IMG/VR virus record: IMGVR_UViG_3300042319_002356
Coordinates: 26,768-90,767 of that record
Length of the DNA: 64,000 nt
Direction: 5' to 3' (one strand)
Source of the DNA: a virus
Part shown: in pieces, positions 1 through 10,527 of the stretch
Position numbering within the stretch: position 1 is the first letter of the stretch
Layout: each line of letters begins with the position of its first letter
Program-made: the position numbers and the translations under genes
Notes under the pieces: model-generated
The model's database searches: none
What the model was told of the DNA's origin: nothing
What the model saw: the letters and a program-made list of their open reading frames with translations, nothing else

Positions 1-877
1 AGATGCGATTAACAAACCAGGTGATTTAAGAAAGAAAATGGACGTTGAAAAGGATGAAACAATTCCAGCAAGTGAATTGAAGGCGAAATCTAAAGAATTG
101 AAGAAAAAGGCTGAAGGAGATAAAAAATTATCTAAATCAGATTTAAAAACTTCAAAACAAGTTAATTTGGCACTTAATCTTAAAAAGATGAATGAATCTA
201 AAATTTATTTAAGTGAAGATGAAGTAGTTAACTTAATTGAAAAATTAGTTGCTGAAGAAAGAGTTAAAGGTTTGGACGTAACAAATAAGAATTTAAAAGC
301 GTCTAAGAAAGAAAACGACGATTATTTAAAGAGTGTCACTAAAAAAATGAAAGATTACCTTAAAGACGGTTCAAAAGGAGAGTATGAAGAGAATCCTAAA
401 AACTTCCCAATGGGTAATGGTCAAATAGAAAAAATGAAGAAGAAGGCGTATACTCCAAGTGAAGAGGTTGAAGAGTATATTGAAGACTTTGCATATCCTG
501 GTCAAACTAATTTAGTTTTTGATGAGATTAAACCTGACGATGAAAGAATTGAAAAACATTTGAAGGGTAATAAGACAACAGGAAACGCTGAGGTTGATGA
601 AGAAGGGAAAGCTTATGGTAATGTGGTCCCAAGTAAGACAGGAGATAAGTTTATGAAGAACTATCAGAAAAATGCTTATGGTCAAGAACAAATGAATGCG
701 TCATACAAGAGATATCCCCAAGAAACTATTGAAGTTTCAGGAGAAAATACAAAATCAAAAAGAAAACAAAGTGCATTATCTAAATTAAGTGAATCTGAAA
801 TTGAAACAAATAATTTAATTAAGGAAGAGTTTAACAAAATTCAACATTTAATGGGTTATAATAAAAAAACTCAATAA
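1..877 (+). CDS. Hypothetical K/E-rich phage protein, probably 5'-truncated by the window edge
   Basis: The frame is open upstream of the ATG at 38 to the window start; followed by a terminator. Confidence 0.7.
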   Translation, partial: DAINKPGDLRKKMDVEKDETIPASELKAKSKELKKKAEGDKKLSKSDLKTSKQVNLALNLKKMNESKIYLSEDEVVNLIEKLVAEERVKGLDVTNKNLKASKKENDDYLKSVTKKMKDYLKDGSKGEYEENPKNFPMGNGQIEKMKKKAYTPSEEVEEYIEDFAYPGQTNLVFDEIKPDDERIEKHLKGNKTTGNAEVDEEGKAYGNVVPSKTGDKFMKNYQKNAYGQEQMNASYKRYPQETIEVSGENTKSKRKQSALSKLSESEIETNNLIKEEFNKIQHLMGYNKKTQ

Positions 878-904
878 TATATATTTTTTTAAATTTCAAA
901 TTAT

Positions 905-934
905 AATTCCCTAAGAGATTAGGGAATTTTTTTT
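905..934 (+). terminator. Intrinsic terminator
   Basis: AATTCCCTAA-gaga-TTAGGGAATT followed by a T run. Confidence 0.8.
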
Positions 935-1399
935 ATGGATTTTATAAATTGGATATCAAAACCTGTGGACGACGAAGAACTAAAGATATGGTTCGGAGTT
1001 AATAATATTAATTATGAACGCTCTGAATTATATAAAGATTTTTGTGTATCTCTTGTTACATTAATTGATGAAACGTATTTTGGAGATGTTGAAGAAAAGT
1101 TTGAAAGTAACATCAGTATGACTGACGATGATAATCTAAAACATTTTGATTGGTGTTGGGAAAAAATCATATCTAATTTCAAAAGAGAGAATATTACATT
1201 TTCGCAGGAAGGAAGTCATAAAGTATACTTTAAATCTTTTTTAGGGGACGTTTATTACAATCAAACAAATCAAACTGTGAGAAAGTCAGTTTCTAATTTT
1301 TTGAACGATATATTCTCAAGAAACAATGGTTTTACAAAATCTGATTTGGATTTATTCACTGAGATATATAAGTTATTAGATAGTAATCTTGAAAAGTAA
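935..1399 (+). CDS. Hypothetical protein
   Basis: 154 aa ORF. Confidence 0.7.
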   Translation: MDFINWISKPVDDEELKIWFGVNNINYERSELYKDFCVSLVTLIDETYFGDVEEKFESNISMTDDDNLKHFDWCWEKIISNFKRENITFSQEGSHKVYFKSFLGDVYYNQTNQTVRKSVSNFLNDIFSRNNGFTKSDLDLFTEIYKLLDSNLEK

Positions 1400-1448
1400 C
1401 ATTTACATTGGGTGTTAACTTATTATTTTTATTTAAAATAAATTATAT

Positions 1449-1637
1449 ATGGAACCACAAAGTACAATTGATTTAATCAAAACGTTGACAGAAGAAATGT
1501 CTGTTGAAGTTGCTAAGTTTCACAAGGGCAACAAAAGTGCTGGAACAAGAGCAAGAAAACACGCTCAGGATTTAAAGGCACTACTACAAACTTTAAGAAA
1601 TGAAATTTTAGAAGGTAGAAAAAAAGAAAATGAATAA
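1449..1637 (+). CDS. Small histone H1-like (Hc1-type, Bacteroidota) nucleoid protein
   Basis: KGNKSAGTRARK motif typical of the Bacteroidota Hc1-like family. Confidence 0.75.
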   Translation: MEPQSTIDLIKTLTEEMSVEVAKFHKGNKSAGTRARKHAQDLKALLQTLRNEILEGRKKENE

Positions 1638-1810
1638 TCTGTTCTTTTACTTTTTTATTTTTTCAATCTTAATTAATCTTAGGTATGTGTGGAGATTTAT
1701 TATATCAGTAATCTCCACACCTCCTAAACCATTACAAATTAATGAATTTGATTTTTACAAAATTGTGATTACATTTTCATACATAATAACATATATTTTT
1801 AAACTTTAAA

Positions 1811-2245
1811 ATGTATAAAGAACTATCAGACATATTCCCATATCTAATCTCAATTAGAAAACTTGAGAATTATTTATCATTAGATATTGAGTTTCCATCT
1901 ACTTGGAAATTACCTAAAAAATACGTAAATCCTGAAACTACAGTAGAACAACCAGTAACTAAAAATGATGTCAGATGTTTTTCATTTGCAGTACAGTTTG
2001 ACGAAACTCAAATTGTTCAGATTTTCCAAAATGTGAAAAATATTATTTCTTGGAATAGAGAAAGAGAATTAAAAGATAAACTTTTACAAGATAAAGTTAA
2101 TGAATTGAAGACATTTTTTGAAAAAAATTCATTAGATTCATTACAACATCTACAATTTAACATCCAAAATAATGTTTCAAAATTAGAACTTGAAGATGAA
2201 GGAAAAGATATTGAACTGGTATCAGACGGAGATACAGAAGGATAA
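1811..2245 (+). CDS. Hypothetical protein
   Basis: 144 aa ORF. Confidence 0.65.
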   Translation: MYKELSDIFPYLISIRKLENYLSLDIEFPSTWKLPKKYVNPETTVEQPVTKNDVRCFSFAVQFDETQIVQIFQNVKNIISWNRERELKDKLLQDKVNELKTFFEKNSLDSLQHLQFNIQNNVSKLELEDEGKDIELVSDGDTEG

Positions 2246-2540
2246 CCAAGATTTGAAAAGAGAAAAAGATGAGTTTATCAAAAAAATTAAAAAGATTAAA
2301 AAGGATGAACTCATTAACCAAACACCAAAGAAGTTAACATTATGGGAGAGAATCAAAAAAGTTTTAACCAACACTTAGGAGAATTAGCTGAAGTTGCGGA
2401 CAAAGTACAGAATTTATATAAAGGTAAATCAACGATAGTATTTGAGTTGAGCCCTTTTGAATTTGCGACTTTCAAGGGTTTGTTAGACCCTAATAATCTT
2501 AATAAGGAACAATTTAAAATTGATATTTCAGGAACTGAAT

Positions 2541-3182
2541 TTATTTATCTTTTGGATGAGTCGTTGACCGACGATATAACATCTTAATATCAAAACCTTT
2601 ATTTGTTAAAATACGATATAGTTCTTTTTTATGGGCAATATCTTCAGAATAACTGATTAAATAATCAGTTTTTTTGTTTTCTAAACAATATCTTTGTAGT
2701 TCATTTAAAAACCTCTTACTCTCAAAGTCGGTTTTACATGAGTAAACTTTGATTATTTCATCAGATTGGAATACGACTTTATTATTTATTTTAAAGACAG
2801 ATTTCAAATCTTTATTTTTTGAAAATTCATTAATTACCTCTAAGAAAGTTAGTTTCTTTTTATTTTTAATATCGTAAACTCTTTCTTCATATTTGAAATT
2901 TTGAAGTTTGATTATCATATAGTCAGTACCCTCAACCTTATGGTCAATGTTCCTACCGAACTCATCACGATATATTGTTGACGATAATTTACCACCTAAT
3001 TCTAAAACTGCTATCTCAAATTTACACTCTTTACCATTCTCAAATTCAACAGGAAAATATATGTTTTGATTTGAAATAAAATTGTTGTAGAATTTAAAGC
3101 AGTTGTCTTTACCAATAAATTTCTTTATTATTTTTTGTCTTAATTTATTTTTAAATAAAACTACTAAAAAATTTGTAAGCAT
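2541..3182 (-). CDS. Hypothetical protein
   Basis: 213 aa ORF divergent from dnaJ. Confidence 0.65.
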   Translation of the reverse strand: MLTNFLVVLFKNKLRQKIIKKFIGKDNCFKFYNNFISNQNIYFPVEFENGKECKFEIAVLELGGKLSSTIYRDEFGRNIDHKVEGTDYMIIKLQNFKYEERVYDIKNKKKLTFLEVINEFSKNKDLKSVFKINNKVVFQSDEIIKVYSCKTDFESKRFLNELQRYCLENKKTDYLISYSEDIAHKKELYRILTNKGFDIKMLYRRSTTHPKDK

Positions 3183-4125
3183 GAAAGATTATTATTCAAT
3201 ATTAGGCTTAAATGATAAGGCAACTGAAGAAGAAATAAAGAAAACATATCGTCAGTTGGCGAAAGAATATCATCCAGATAAAAATCCTGACGGTGCTGAA
3301 AGATTTAAAGAAATTTCTGAAGCTTATGAAACTCTTTCAGACCCTCAGAAAAAATCGGATTATGATAACCGTAAGAACAATCCATTTGATAATATGGGGG
3401 GTGGTGGTAATCCATTTGACATATTTAGCCAAATGTTTGGTGGAAGAGGTCAAAAATCTAAAAGACGAGGAACCGATAAGGTAGTTAATATTGCAATCAC
3501 AATTGCTGAGTCATACTTGGCAGTAGAGAAAGTTATTGATTATGTTAGAAACGTTAAATGTGACCCTTGTAATGGGTCTGGTGGGGAGAAACAACAGTGT
3601 AGTAGATGTGGGGGTAGGGGACAAATAATATTCAAAACAGGAACAGGATTTTTTGGTCAAGTTATGGCTCAAACATGTGACCAATGTCAAGGTAGAGGAG
3701 TGGTATTTAAAAATGTGTGTCAAACTTGCAAAGGAGGTGCCGCAGTTCCAAAATCTGAAAAAATACAAATTAATGTCCCACATGGTATTGATAACGGTGA
3801 ATTATTAAGAGTGCAAAATATGGGAGATTTTCAGGATGGAGGATATGGAGATTTGATTGTTAGAGTTTCACTTGCTCAAGGAGAATCAATGTACAAAGAA
3901 GGTGATAACCTATTCTTTGATATAATATTAACATTAGATGAATTAAAGAAAGGTGAGTTTGACGTGGCTCATCCAGAAGGTAAATTAACCATCAAATTGC
4001 CAAATACCCTAACAACCCAAACTCCGTTAAGAGTTAAGGGTAAAGGGTTTAAACGTAATAGTCTTGGAGATTTTTACTTGAATATAGATTTAAGTATTGA
4101 TAGAACTCAATTAAACAATAATTGA
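3181..4125 (+). CDS. dnaJ: DnaJ (Hsp40) co-chaperone
   Basis: Starts MKDYYSILG; J-domain HPD motif, G/F-rich linker, four CxxCxGxG-type repeats. Confidence 0.95.
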   Translation: MKDYYSILGLNDKATEEEIKKTYRQLAKEYHPDKNPDGAERFKEISEAYETLSDPQKKSDYDNRKNNPFDNMGGGGNPFDIFSQMFGGRGQKSKRRGTDKVVNIAITIAESYLAVEKVIDYVRNVKCDPCNGSGGEKQQCSRCGGRGQIIFKTGTGFFGQVMAQTCDQCQGRGVVFKNVCQTCKGGAAVPKSEKIQINVPHGIDNGELLRVQNMGDFQDGGYGDLIVRVSLAQGESMYKEGDNLFFDIILTLDELKKGEFDVAHPEGKLTIKLPNTLTTQTPLRVKGKGFKRNSLGDFYLNIDLSIDRTQLNNN

Positions 4126-4471
4126 ATTAGTTTGATTGTTCCGTAAATACTCGTACCTAAAAAGTAAATTGAAAAAATAATTGGCCAAAACAGACTGTTC
4201 TTTAATTTTTCACAAGCCTTACATTTTTCTTCTTTCAAATTGATTTTGTTTTCCATATTTGAAGTTTATTTATAAATAACCCATTTGTCAATTGATATTT
4301 TCATTATCTTTGTAAAATGGAAAATGAAAAGTTACAATTGAATGTACGGCACGTGGCACAGATTGTTAGACGTAATATGATAACCCGTGTAAAACCATCG
4401 GGTAAAGTGTATAAGCGTAATAAAAAGGTTGATATGATTAACGATTAACCTTATATTTTATAAAAAAAATT

Positions 4472-5311
4472 ATGCTGTCATACATCGGTGGAAAAAGTAA
4501 AATTGGTAAATGGATTGTTCCATTCTACCCAAAAGATATGGAGACATATGTTGAAACATTTGGTGGAATGTTTTGGTGTTTCTATAATATGAATTTAAAA
4601 GATTACCCAAATCTAAAAAGAGTTGTTTATAACGACTTCAATCCATTAAACTACAACTTGTTTATGTGTTTACAAAACCCTAGTGTTTTGTTGTCCGCAA
4701 TCAATTCAATTCCCTGCCAACAGATGGGTGAGGAAGTTACTCCATCAATTTATAAAGAACAATTTCAATCATTCCAGAAGGAGATATTTGGGGAGGGATT
4801 TACAATTAACTATCCTGATTATGATGTTGCTGCAAAATATGCGTATGTCCTAACTCAAGTATTCAGTGGTTCCAAACCTGAGACATCTTCATTTATTGAT
4901 TTAAAAGGGAAGTACAAATCAAAATATCTTACATTCAGAGATAAGTTGTCTAAACCAGAATGGGTTGAACACTTTAATAAGATTAGTCATTTCAGATTGG
5001 GTGACTTTGAAGATGTTATTAAAGAGTTTGATAGTCCAACAACTTATTTTTATGTTGACCCACCCTATTGGAAGACTGAGAATTACTACTCAAATCACGA
5101 CTTTGATAGAGAGGACCATGAAAGATTAGCTAATTGTTTAAAAAATATTCAAGGTAAGTTTTCATTATCATATTACGATTTCGTACTTTTGCACGAATGG
5201 TTTCCCGAAGACCAATATAAGTGGGAGAAGAAACAATTTGCAAAGGCGGCCGCCGCAAAGAAAGGAACTACTCAAAATATGGGGGAAGAACTGTTAATTA
5301 TGAACTATTGA
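4472..5311 (+). CDS. DNA adenine methyltransferase (Dam/D12 class)
   Basis: YIGGKS, ETFGG and DPPY motifs. Confidence 0.9.
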   Translation: MLSYIGGKSKIGKWIVPFYPKDMETYVETFGGMFWCFYNMNLKDYPNLKRVVYNDFNPLNYNLFMCLQNPSVLLSAINSIPCQQMGEEVTPSIYKEQFQSFQKEIFGEGFTINYPDYDVAAKYAYVLTQVFSGSKPETSSFIDLKGKYKSKYLTFRDKLSKPEWVEHFNKISHFRLGDFEDVIKEFDSPTTYFYVDPPYWKTENYYSNHDFDREDHERLANCLKNIQGKFSLSYYDFVLLHEWFPEDQYKWEKKQFAKAAAAKKGTTQNMGEELLIMNY

Positions 5312-5334
5312 TATATTTATATAAAAAAAATAAT

Positions 5335-7179
5335 ATGAAATTACTTGATACTCTCAAAAAAAACATTATTCTAGAAGTTTCTGAAAAAGTTAAGAAACAA
5401 CTTATTGATAGATACAAGAATGTTGAGAATGTAACTGATGATGAAGATACAATCGTGTCATATTTAAATGACTTTGAAAAATATAAAAACGGATTACCAT
5501 CTGATAAAAGAGATTTGACAAGGAGAGATTTCACTTATGCCGAATTAAAATCTTTAATTGATGGTAAGAGACAAACAAAAACGACTGGTGACTTATTTAC
5601 CGACTTTAAAGAGAAGGCGAAAGAAAGAGGAGAGAAAGTAAGTGACTCGGAACTTAGAATGTTGTTGAAGAAATTCAATGAGGTTAAGTCAAAATTACCT
5701 GAGAAGTATCAAAACCCTTTGAAATTCAAATATTTGGATTTAGTAAAGTTGATTGGTGAAACTTATCAAAAATTAATTACACCTATCTTGTTGGAAAAAT
5801 TCAAGAAAGAGAATAGTAATTTGACTGATGACCAAATATTATTTTATATTACCCAATATTTAGAAATTTATCCTGAAATTCCATTTAAAACCAAACCGGC
5901 AAATCAAATGTCATTTACCGAGTTTGAGCATTTGATTGATGGAATTATGGCTAAAAAATCTCCAAAAGAAAGAGAATCTAATTCTGATATTGAAGCTATC
6001 CCAACTGTGTATAAGGATAATAACCTAACGATTTTTGCACCGAAGAAGAAAAACGAATGTATTACACTACAACACGGAAGAAGTTGGTGTACAAGTAGAA
6101 TGGGTGGAGGTAATTTGTATTACAACTATCGTTTAGGTAATGAGAGAACATTGTATTATGTTGTTGATGAAGATTTACCATATGATGATTTGAATTTTGC
6201 GTCAGTAATTCTTGTTGACCCTTATGGTGGTATGGCACTCGCTGATGGCTCAAACTCTGGAAAATATAGTGGACACCAAAATGTTCCGTGGAGTGATATC
6301 ATTTCAAAAATACCTAAGTTAAAAGGATTACAGGATTTGTTAAAACCTGAACCATTAACTGCCGAAGAAAAAGAGTTAATTAGAAAATACCAAAGTGTTA
6401 GAGTTCCTGATGATAGAGAATTAAGTACTCTTGGAGACGACAAAGATATTGAATTGTGGATGGAGGTTAATAGCCCAAGAATTTCAAGTTTTCAATATTC
6501 AAATCTTTCTTCGGAATTACAGAAAAAATATATCGCACTTGGATTTGATTTAAATTCTGAACAAATCCAATCATCAAAACCTGAAGTTTTAAAATACTAC
6601 ATTAGTAAAAAAGTTGAAAGTATTAAAACTAAAGGATTAGGTTCATTAACTGAACAAGATATTGCATTATTGAATACTCCGGTATTAGCAAAATTAAAAG
6701 AGGAATTAAAACCAAAATTGGGTCAATCATTAACTGCTGGTAAAGGTGAATTATTGGAAGTTGAATTCCCAAGAAGTGATAACTCTAAATTTGTTGCACT
6801 ATATGGGTTTAATGAACTATTTGAAATGGCTGACCCAAATGTTGATTCAATCATGATTACTAATAAGAGTGATGTGAAAATGGCATTTGACATTCCACCA
6901 TCAATTGGAAGATTTACAAAGGCTGACTCTATCTTCTTTAGTAATATTATTAAAAGTTTACCTGAAGAAATTGCCCAATGTACACAGTTGAATTTCTTAT
7001 CGTTACCTGATAACAAATCTTTGGAGACGTTACCTTGGAATGCGATTAATTCAATTGAATCATTAGGTTTCTTGAATTTAGATGGTAATTCTAATTTGGA
7101 ACTTCCTGAAGAATTCCATAGAAATTGGAAGAGTGGTGACTTTTCAAACGAAGGATTCTATATTAGAAACGAAGATTAA
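5335..7179 (+). CDS. Large protein with a central WCTS-motif domain and C-terminal leucine-rich repeats
   Basis: LPEEIAQCTQLNFLSLPDNKSLETLP is LRR-like; the central domain resembles ORF 49576. Confidence 0.7.
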   Translation: MKLLDTLKKNIILEVSEKVKKQLIDRYKNVENVTDDEDTIVSYLNDFEKYKNGLPSDKRDLTRRDFTYAELKSLIDGKRQTKTTGDLFTDFKEKAKERGEKVSDSELRMLLKKFNEVKSKLPEKYQNPLKFKYLDLVKLIGETYQKLITPILLEKFKKENSNLTDDQILFYITQYLEIYPEIPFKTKPANQMSFTEFEHLIDGIMAKKSPKERESNSDIEAIPTVYKDNNLTIFAPKKKNECITLQHGRSWCTSRMGGGNLYYNYRLGNERTLYYVVDEDLPYDDLNFASVILVDPYGGMALADGSNSGKYSGHQNVPWSDIISKIPKLKGLQDLLKPEPLTAEEKELIRKYQSVRVPDDRELSTLGDDKDIELWMEVNSPRISSFQYSNLSSELQKKYIALGFDLNSEQIQSSKPEVLKYYISKKVESIKTKGLGSLTEQDIALLNTPVLAKLKEELKPKLGQSLTAGKGELLEVEFPRSDNSKFVALYGFNELFEMADPNVDSIMITNKSDVKMAFDIPPSIGRFTKADSIFFSNIIKSLPEEIAQCTQLNFLSLPDNKSLETLPWNAINSIESLGFLNLDGNSNLELPEEFHRNWKSGDFSNEGFYIRNED

Positions 7180-7224
7180 TAATTATTTGGTTAATTGACT
7201 AAACTTTTTTATTTTTGTAAAAAA

Positions 7225-7512
7225 ATGGCAAGAATGAAAAACATAGATGTTGAAATTTACTTTAGTCAGTTGCATAGTTTCTTTGAAAATAATCCTAACG
7301 ATTTAATATCCCTTATCGGAAAATCCGATAGGGATATTTTTTATGAAAAACTTAAAGACCTTGCATATACCAATTACGAGAATGGTGATGATATTACTTT
7401 AACTAACCAACAGTTAATGGGTGTTGTATTGGAAGTGTTAGATATTAATAGGGAGAAACCTGTTGACAAAACTTTTTTTGAAACAAAATTAGGAAAAGTT
7501 TGTATGAATTGA
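7225..7512 (+). CDS. Hypothetical protein
   Basis: ORF of about 95 aa. Confidence 0.6.
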   Translation: MARMKNIDVEIYFSQLHSFFENNPNDLISLIGKSDRDIFYEKLKDLAYTNYENGDDITLTNQQLMGVVLEVLDINREKPVDKTFFETKLGKVCMN

Positions 7513-7566
7513 TTTTTTGCTTATCTTTGTACTCACAAAACAAGTAAATAATCTAAAATAAACAAT

Positions 7567-8325
7567 ATGAACACACCAATTTCTTTTGACAACTTAAAGA
7601 CAATCTGTCCAGCAGCATTCGCAACAAAACCTTCTGACAAGGTTTCAGACAAGTATTCATTCGTTCCAACAGTTGAAGTAATTGAGAACTTCCAAAAAGA
7701 AGGGTGGAATGTGTTTTCAGCACAACAAAGAGGTAGTGGTTCATATGGAAGACATATGATTCGTCTTCGTAACGGTGACCTCCCACAAGTTGGAGACTCT
7801 TTGATTGAAGCAATCATTACGAACTCACACGACGGAACTGCTAAGTTGAATATTAGTTCAGGTTTGTATCGTTTGGTTTGTTCTAACGGTTTGGTAATCC
7901 CACAAGGTGTATTTGAATCAATTCAAGTTTTACACAAGAACATTGAGTTCCAAGACGTTAAAGAAATCAGTAATCAAATCTCTGAAACTTTACCACTCAT
8001 TCAAGGTTCAATGAAGACAATGCAAGAGCGTATCTTGACTTTTGATGAGAAGCGTGATTTCGCAAAAGAAGCGATTGAGTTACGTTGGGAAAACAACAAG
8101 AATGTTAAAAACATTTCTTTGAACGATATGATTATCCCAAAACGTCAAGATGACATGGGTGATGATATGTGGAGAGTATTTAACGTGGTTCAAGAGAAAT
8201 TGGTTCGTGGAGGTTTGATTTACAAAACCGACTCAGGTAGAAATGTCCGCACTCGTCAGTTGACAGATGTGGTAGGTAACACCAAGTTTAACCGTGAATT
8301 GTGGGAGTTGGCATCATCTTATTGA
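7567..8325 (+). CDS. DUF932/DUF945-family protein
   Basis: TNSHDGT, GLYRLVCSNGL and WRVFNVVQE motifs; TATCTTTG promoter upstream. Confidence 0.85.
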   Translation: MNTPISFDNLKTICPAAFATKPSDKVSDKYSFVPTVEVIENFQKEGWNVFSAQQRGSGSYGRHMIRLRNGDLPQVGDSLIEAIITNSHDGTAKLNISSGLYRLVCSNGLVIPQGVFESIQVLHKNIEFQDVKEISNQISETLPLIQGSMKTMQERILTFDEKRDFAKEAIELRWENNKNVKNISLNDMIIPKRQDDMGDDMWRVFNVVQEKLVRGGLIYKTDSGRNVRTRQLTDVVGNTKFNRELWELASSY

Positions 8326-8354
8326 TGCCACCCCTTCACTAAAAAATTAAAATT

Positions 8355-8594
8355 ATGAAAGCAAAGTTAGAATTTGATTTGGATGATGTTGATGATAGAA
8401 TGGCACACTTACGTTGTGTCAAATCAACAGATATGGCGTTGGTTTTGTGGGAAATGTCATTGAATATGCGTAAAAGAGTTACATCGGGTTATGATGAAAA
8501 GGATGACTTTTACAGAGGTGTGGATGCGGTATTTGAAAGATACAATGAGTTAATGCAAGAACATAATTTAGACCCTGAAGAATTAATAAGATGA
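8355..8594 (+). CDS. Hypothetical protein
   Basis: 79 aa ORF. Confidence 0.6.
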   Translation: MKAKLEFDLDDVDDRMAHLRCVKSTDMALVLWEMSLNMRKRVTSGYDEKDDFYRGVDAVFERYNELMQEHNLDPEELIR

Positions 8595-9199
8595 ACATAA
8601 AATTCAAGGATACTTTTTTTGAAAGTTTCAAAAGAATGATTAATCGGGAAAGATGGTATTGGAAAACTTGGGACTTGTTCAGATATGACATCCCAAGATT
8701 TTTCCGTAACCTGTGGTTATTCCGTAAAAACTTATGGAATCACACCTGGTATAATGGTGACAGTTCGGTTTTGCCTTGGGTTAAAACTGCTGTTGATGAT
8801 ATGGCTTGGAGAATTGAAAAATATGGGCACGAGGTTGATGAAAGTCGTTTGAAGAAAGTTGCGAAGATGAGACGATTATCTTATTTGATTGATGTTTGTG
8901 TCAATGACACTTTCATTGAGGAGGCGGAAAAAGAGTTGGGATTTGAGTATGTTTATTACCCATTTGAGTTTGAAGAAATTTCAGGTAGTGAAGATTTATA
9001 CCAATTAAAACAAAATGAAAACCCAACGGACAAAGAGAATAATTCAAAAATTCTTAAACGGTCTCATCAGATTCAAAAAGAATATTGGGAGGAACTATGT
9101 GCAATTATCAAAGGACCTGACTACGATGAATTAAGAAACTCTGAGGAAGGTTGGGATGAAAAATACGATGGAAGTGACCTAAGAGCTTGGTGGGACTAA
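8591..9199 (+). CDS. Hypothetical phage protein
   Basis: 202 aa ORF ending in WWD. Confidence 0.7.
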   Translation: MNIKFKDTFFESFKRMINRERWYWKTWDLFRYDIPRFFRNLWLFRKNLWNHTWYNGDSSVLPWVKTAVDDMAWRIEKYGHEVDESRLKKVAKMRRLSYLIDVCVNDTFIEEAEKELGFEYVYYPFEFEEISGSEDLYQLKQNENPTDKENNSKILKRSHQIQKEYWEELCAIIKGPDYDELRNSEEGWDEKYDGSDLRAWWD

Positions 9200-9422
9200 T
9201 CAAAACTAAATAATATGAGTGGACACAGTATGAGAATGTTGGAGGATTTTCTTCAACAGAAGAAAAAAACCGCAGAAGGATTAATGAGTAAAACTAGCCA
9301 AAAGGACTATTTTAGAGGTCAAGTTGAAATGATTGATGAAATTTTATCGGATATTAAGAAAAAACCCACACCTTTTAATCCATGGCTGATGCCGTTCTAA
9401 AATTTTGCCTTATCTTTGTGGT

Positions 9423-9905
9423 ATGGATAACGAACTAAAATACATACCAACAAAGGAAGCGATTATTGGATACGGTGATTCATTAATTGCGAAAGGGGAA
9501 AGTAATGATTGTGTTGTTAGAGCTATATCATCAGCATTTCAAATGCATTATGACAGAGCTCACGAATTTGTTAAAGAAAAGTTTGGTCGTGAAAACCGAA
9601 AAGGAACAAGATTCTTTGTTGGTGGGATGCGACGTATGGAAGATGATGGACAGGATATTAATTTAAAGTCATTTGAAAGTATGGGTGACCAACGAGGACA
9701 TATGGGTTATGATGTTATTGTAAAAGGTCAAACCGTTAAACGTAAAATGACAACTGGTACATTCATTAAGAAATATTCTGTTGGGAAGTATCTTGTAGTT
9801 GTTCGTGGTCACGCTTTCTCCATTATTGACGGTAATGTTGTTGGTAACCAAGAGGACGCTAAAATGAAAAAAAGAGTTATTAATCACGCATTTAAGGTAT
9901 TATAA
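9423..9905 (+). CDS. Hypothetical phage protein (NDCVVRA...HAF, possible Cys/His dyad)
   Basis: ORF downstream of a TATCTTTG promoter. Confidence 0.65.
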   Translation: MDNELKYIPTKEAIIGYGDSLIAKGESNDCVVRAISSAFQMHYDRAHEFVKEKFGRENRKGTRFFVGGMRRMEDDGQDINLKSFESMGDQRGHMGYDVIVKGQTVKRKMTTGTFIKKYSVGKYLVVVRGHAFSIIDGNVVGNQEDAKMKKRVINHAFKVL

Positions 9906-9906
9906 T

Positions 9907-10509
9907 ATGATTGACAATTTAGAACAAATAAAACAATTGTTGAATTTTGAAAACGATGGGGACTTTTATATGCTCTATGTCCTCAAAAGGAAGAAAGACC
10001 AACCTGAAGGTGAGAGAGATAATCATCAGTCAGTAAGAACTATCAAAACTTATTGTGTTGATAGTATTGAGTATTTGGAAAAACGATATGATGAGATTAA
10101 ACAACTTTGTGAGATGTTTAAAGCTCGGGCGTATATCCATGTTCAAAAACAAAACCATAAGGATGTTTCATTAGAAATGATGATGTCCTTAGCTGAAAGA
10201 ATTAAAAACGGACAACACATTCAGAAAGGATTGTTTGATTCGGTTGTTGGACAAATTAAGACTCACGAAAAAAGGTGGATTGTTGATATTGATACTAAAG
10301 ACAATAAAGAAATTTTAAATATTAAGTTAAAGATTGATAGTTGCCAACCTTTTGGAAAGGATAAAATAATTTCTGAAATCCCAACCAAAAACGGATATCA
10401 TCTAATTACTGATAGATTTGACATCGTGGAATTTATGAAAGTATTTCCTGATGTTGATGTCCAAAAGAAAAACCCAACTTTGTTATTTTTACCTGAAAGT
10501 TTGAGTTAA
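9907..10509 (+). CDS. Possible AEP/prim-pol-fold protein
   Basis: IVDID and PTKNGYHL resemble AEP motifs I and II. Confidence 0.5.
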   Translation: MIDNLEQIKQLLNFENDGDFYMLYVLKRKKDQPEGERDNHQSVRTIKTYCVDSIEYLEKRYDEIKQLCEMFKARAYIHVQKQNHKDVSLEMMMSLAERIKNGQHIQKGLFDSVVGQIKTHEKRWIVDIDTKDNKEILNIKLKIDSCQPFGKDKIISEIPTKNGYHLITDRFDIVEFMKVFPDVDVQKKNPTLLFLPESLS

Positions 10510-10527
10510 ATTTATTATCTTTGTCAA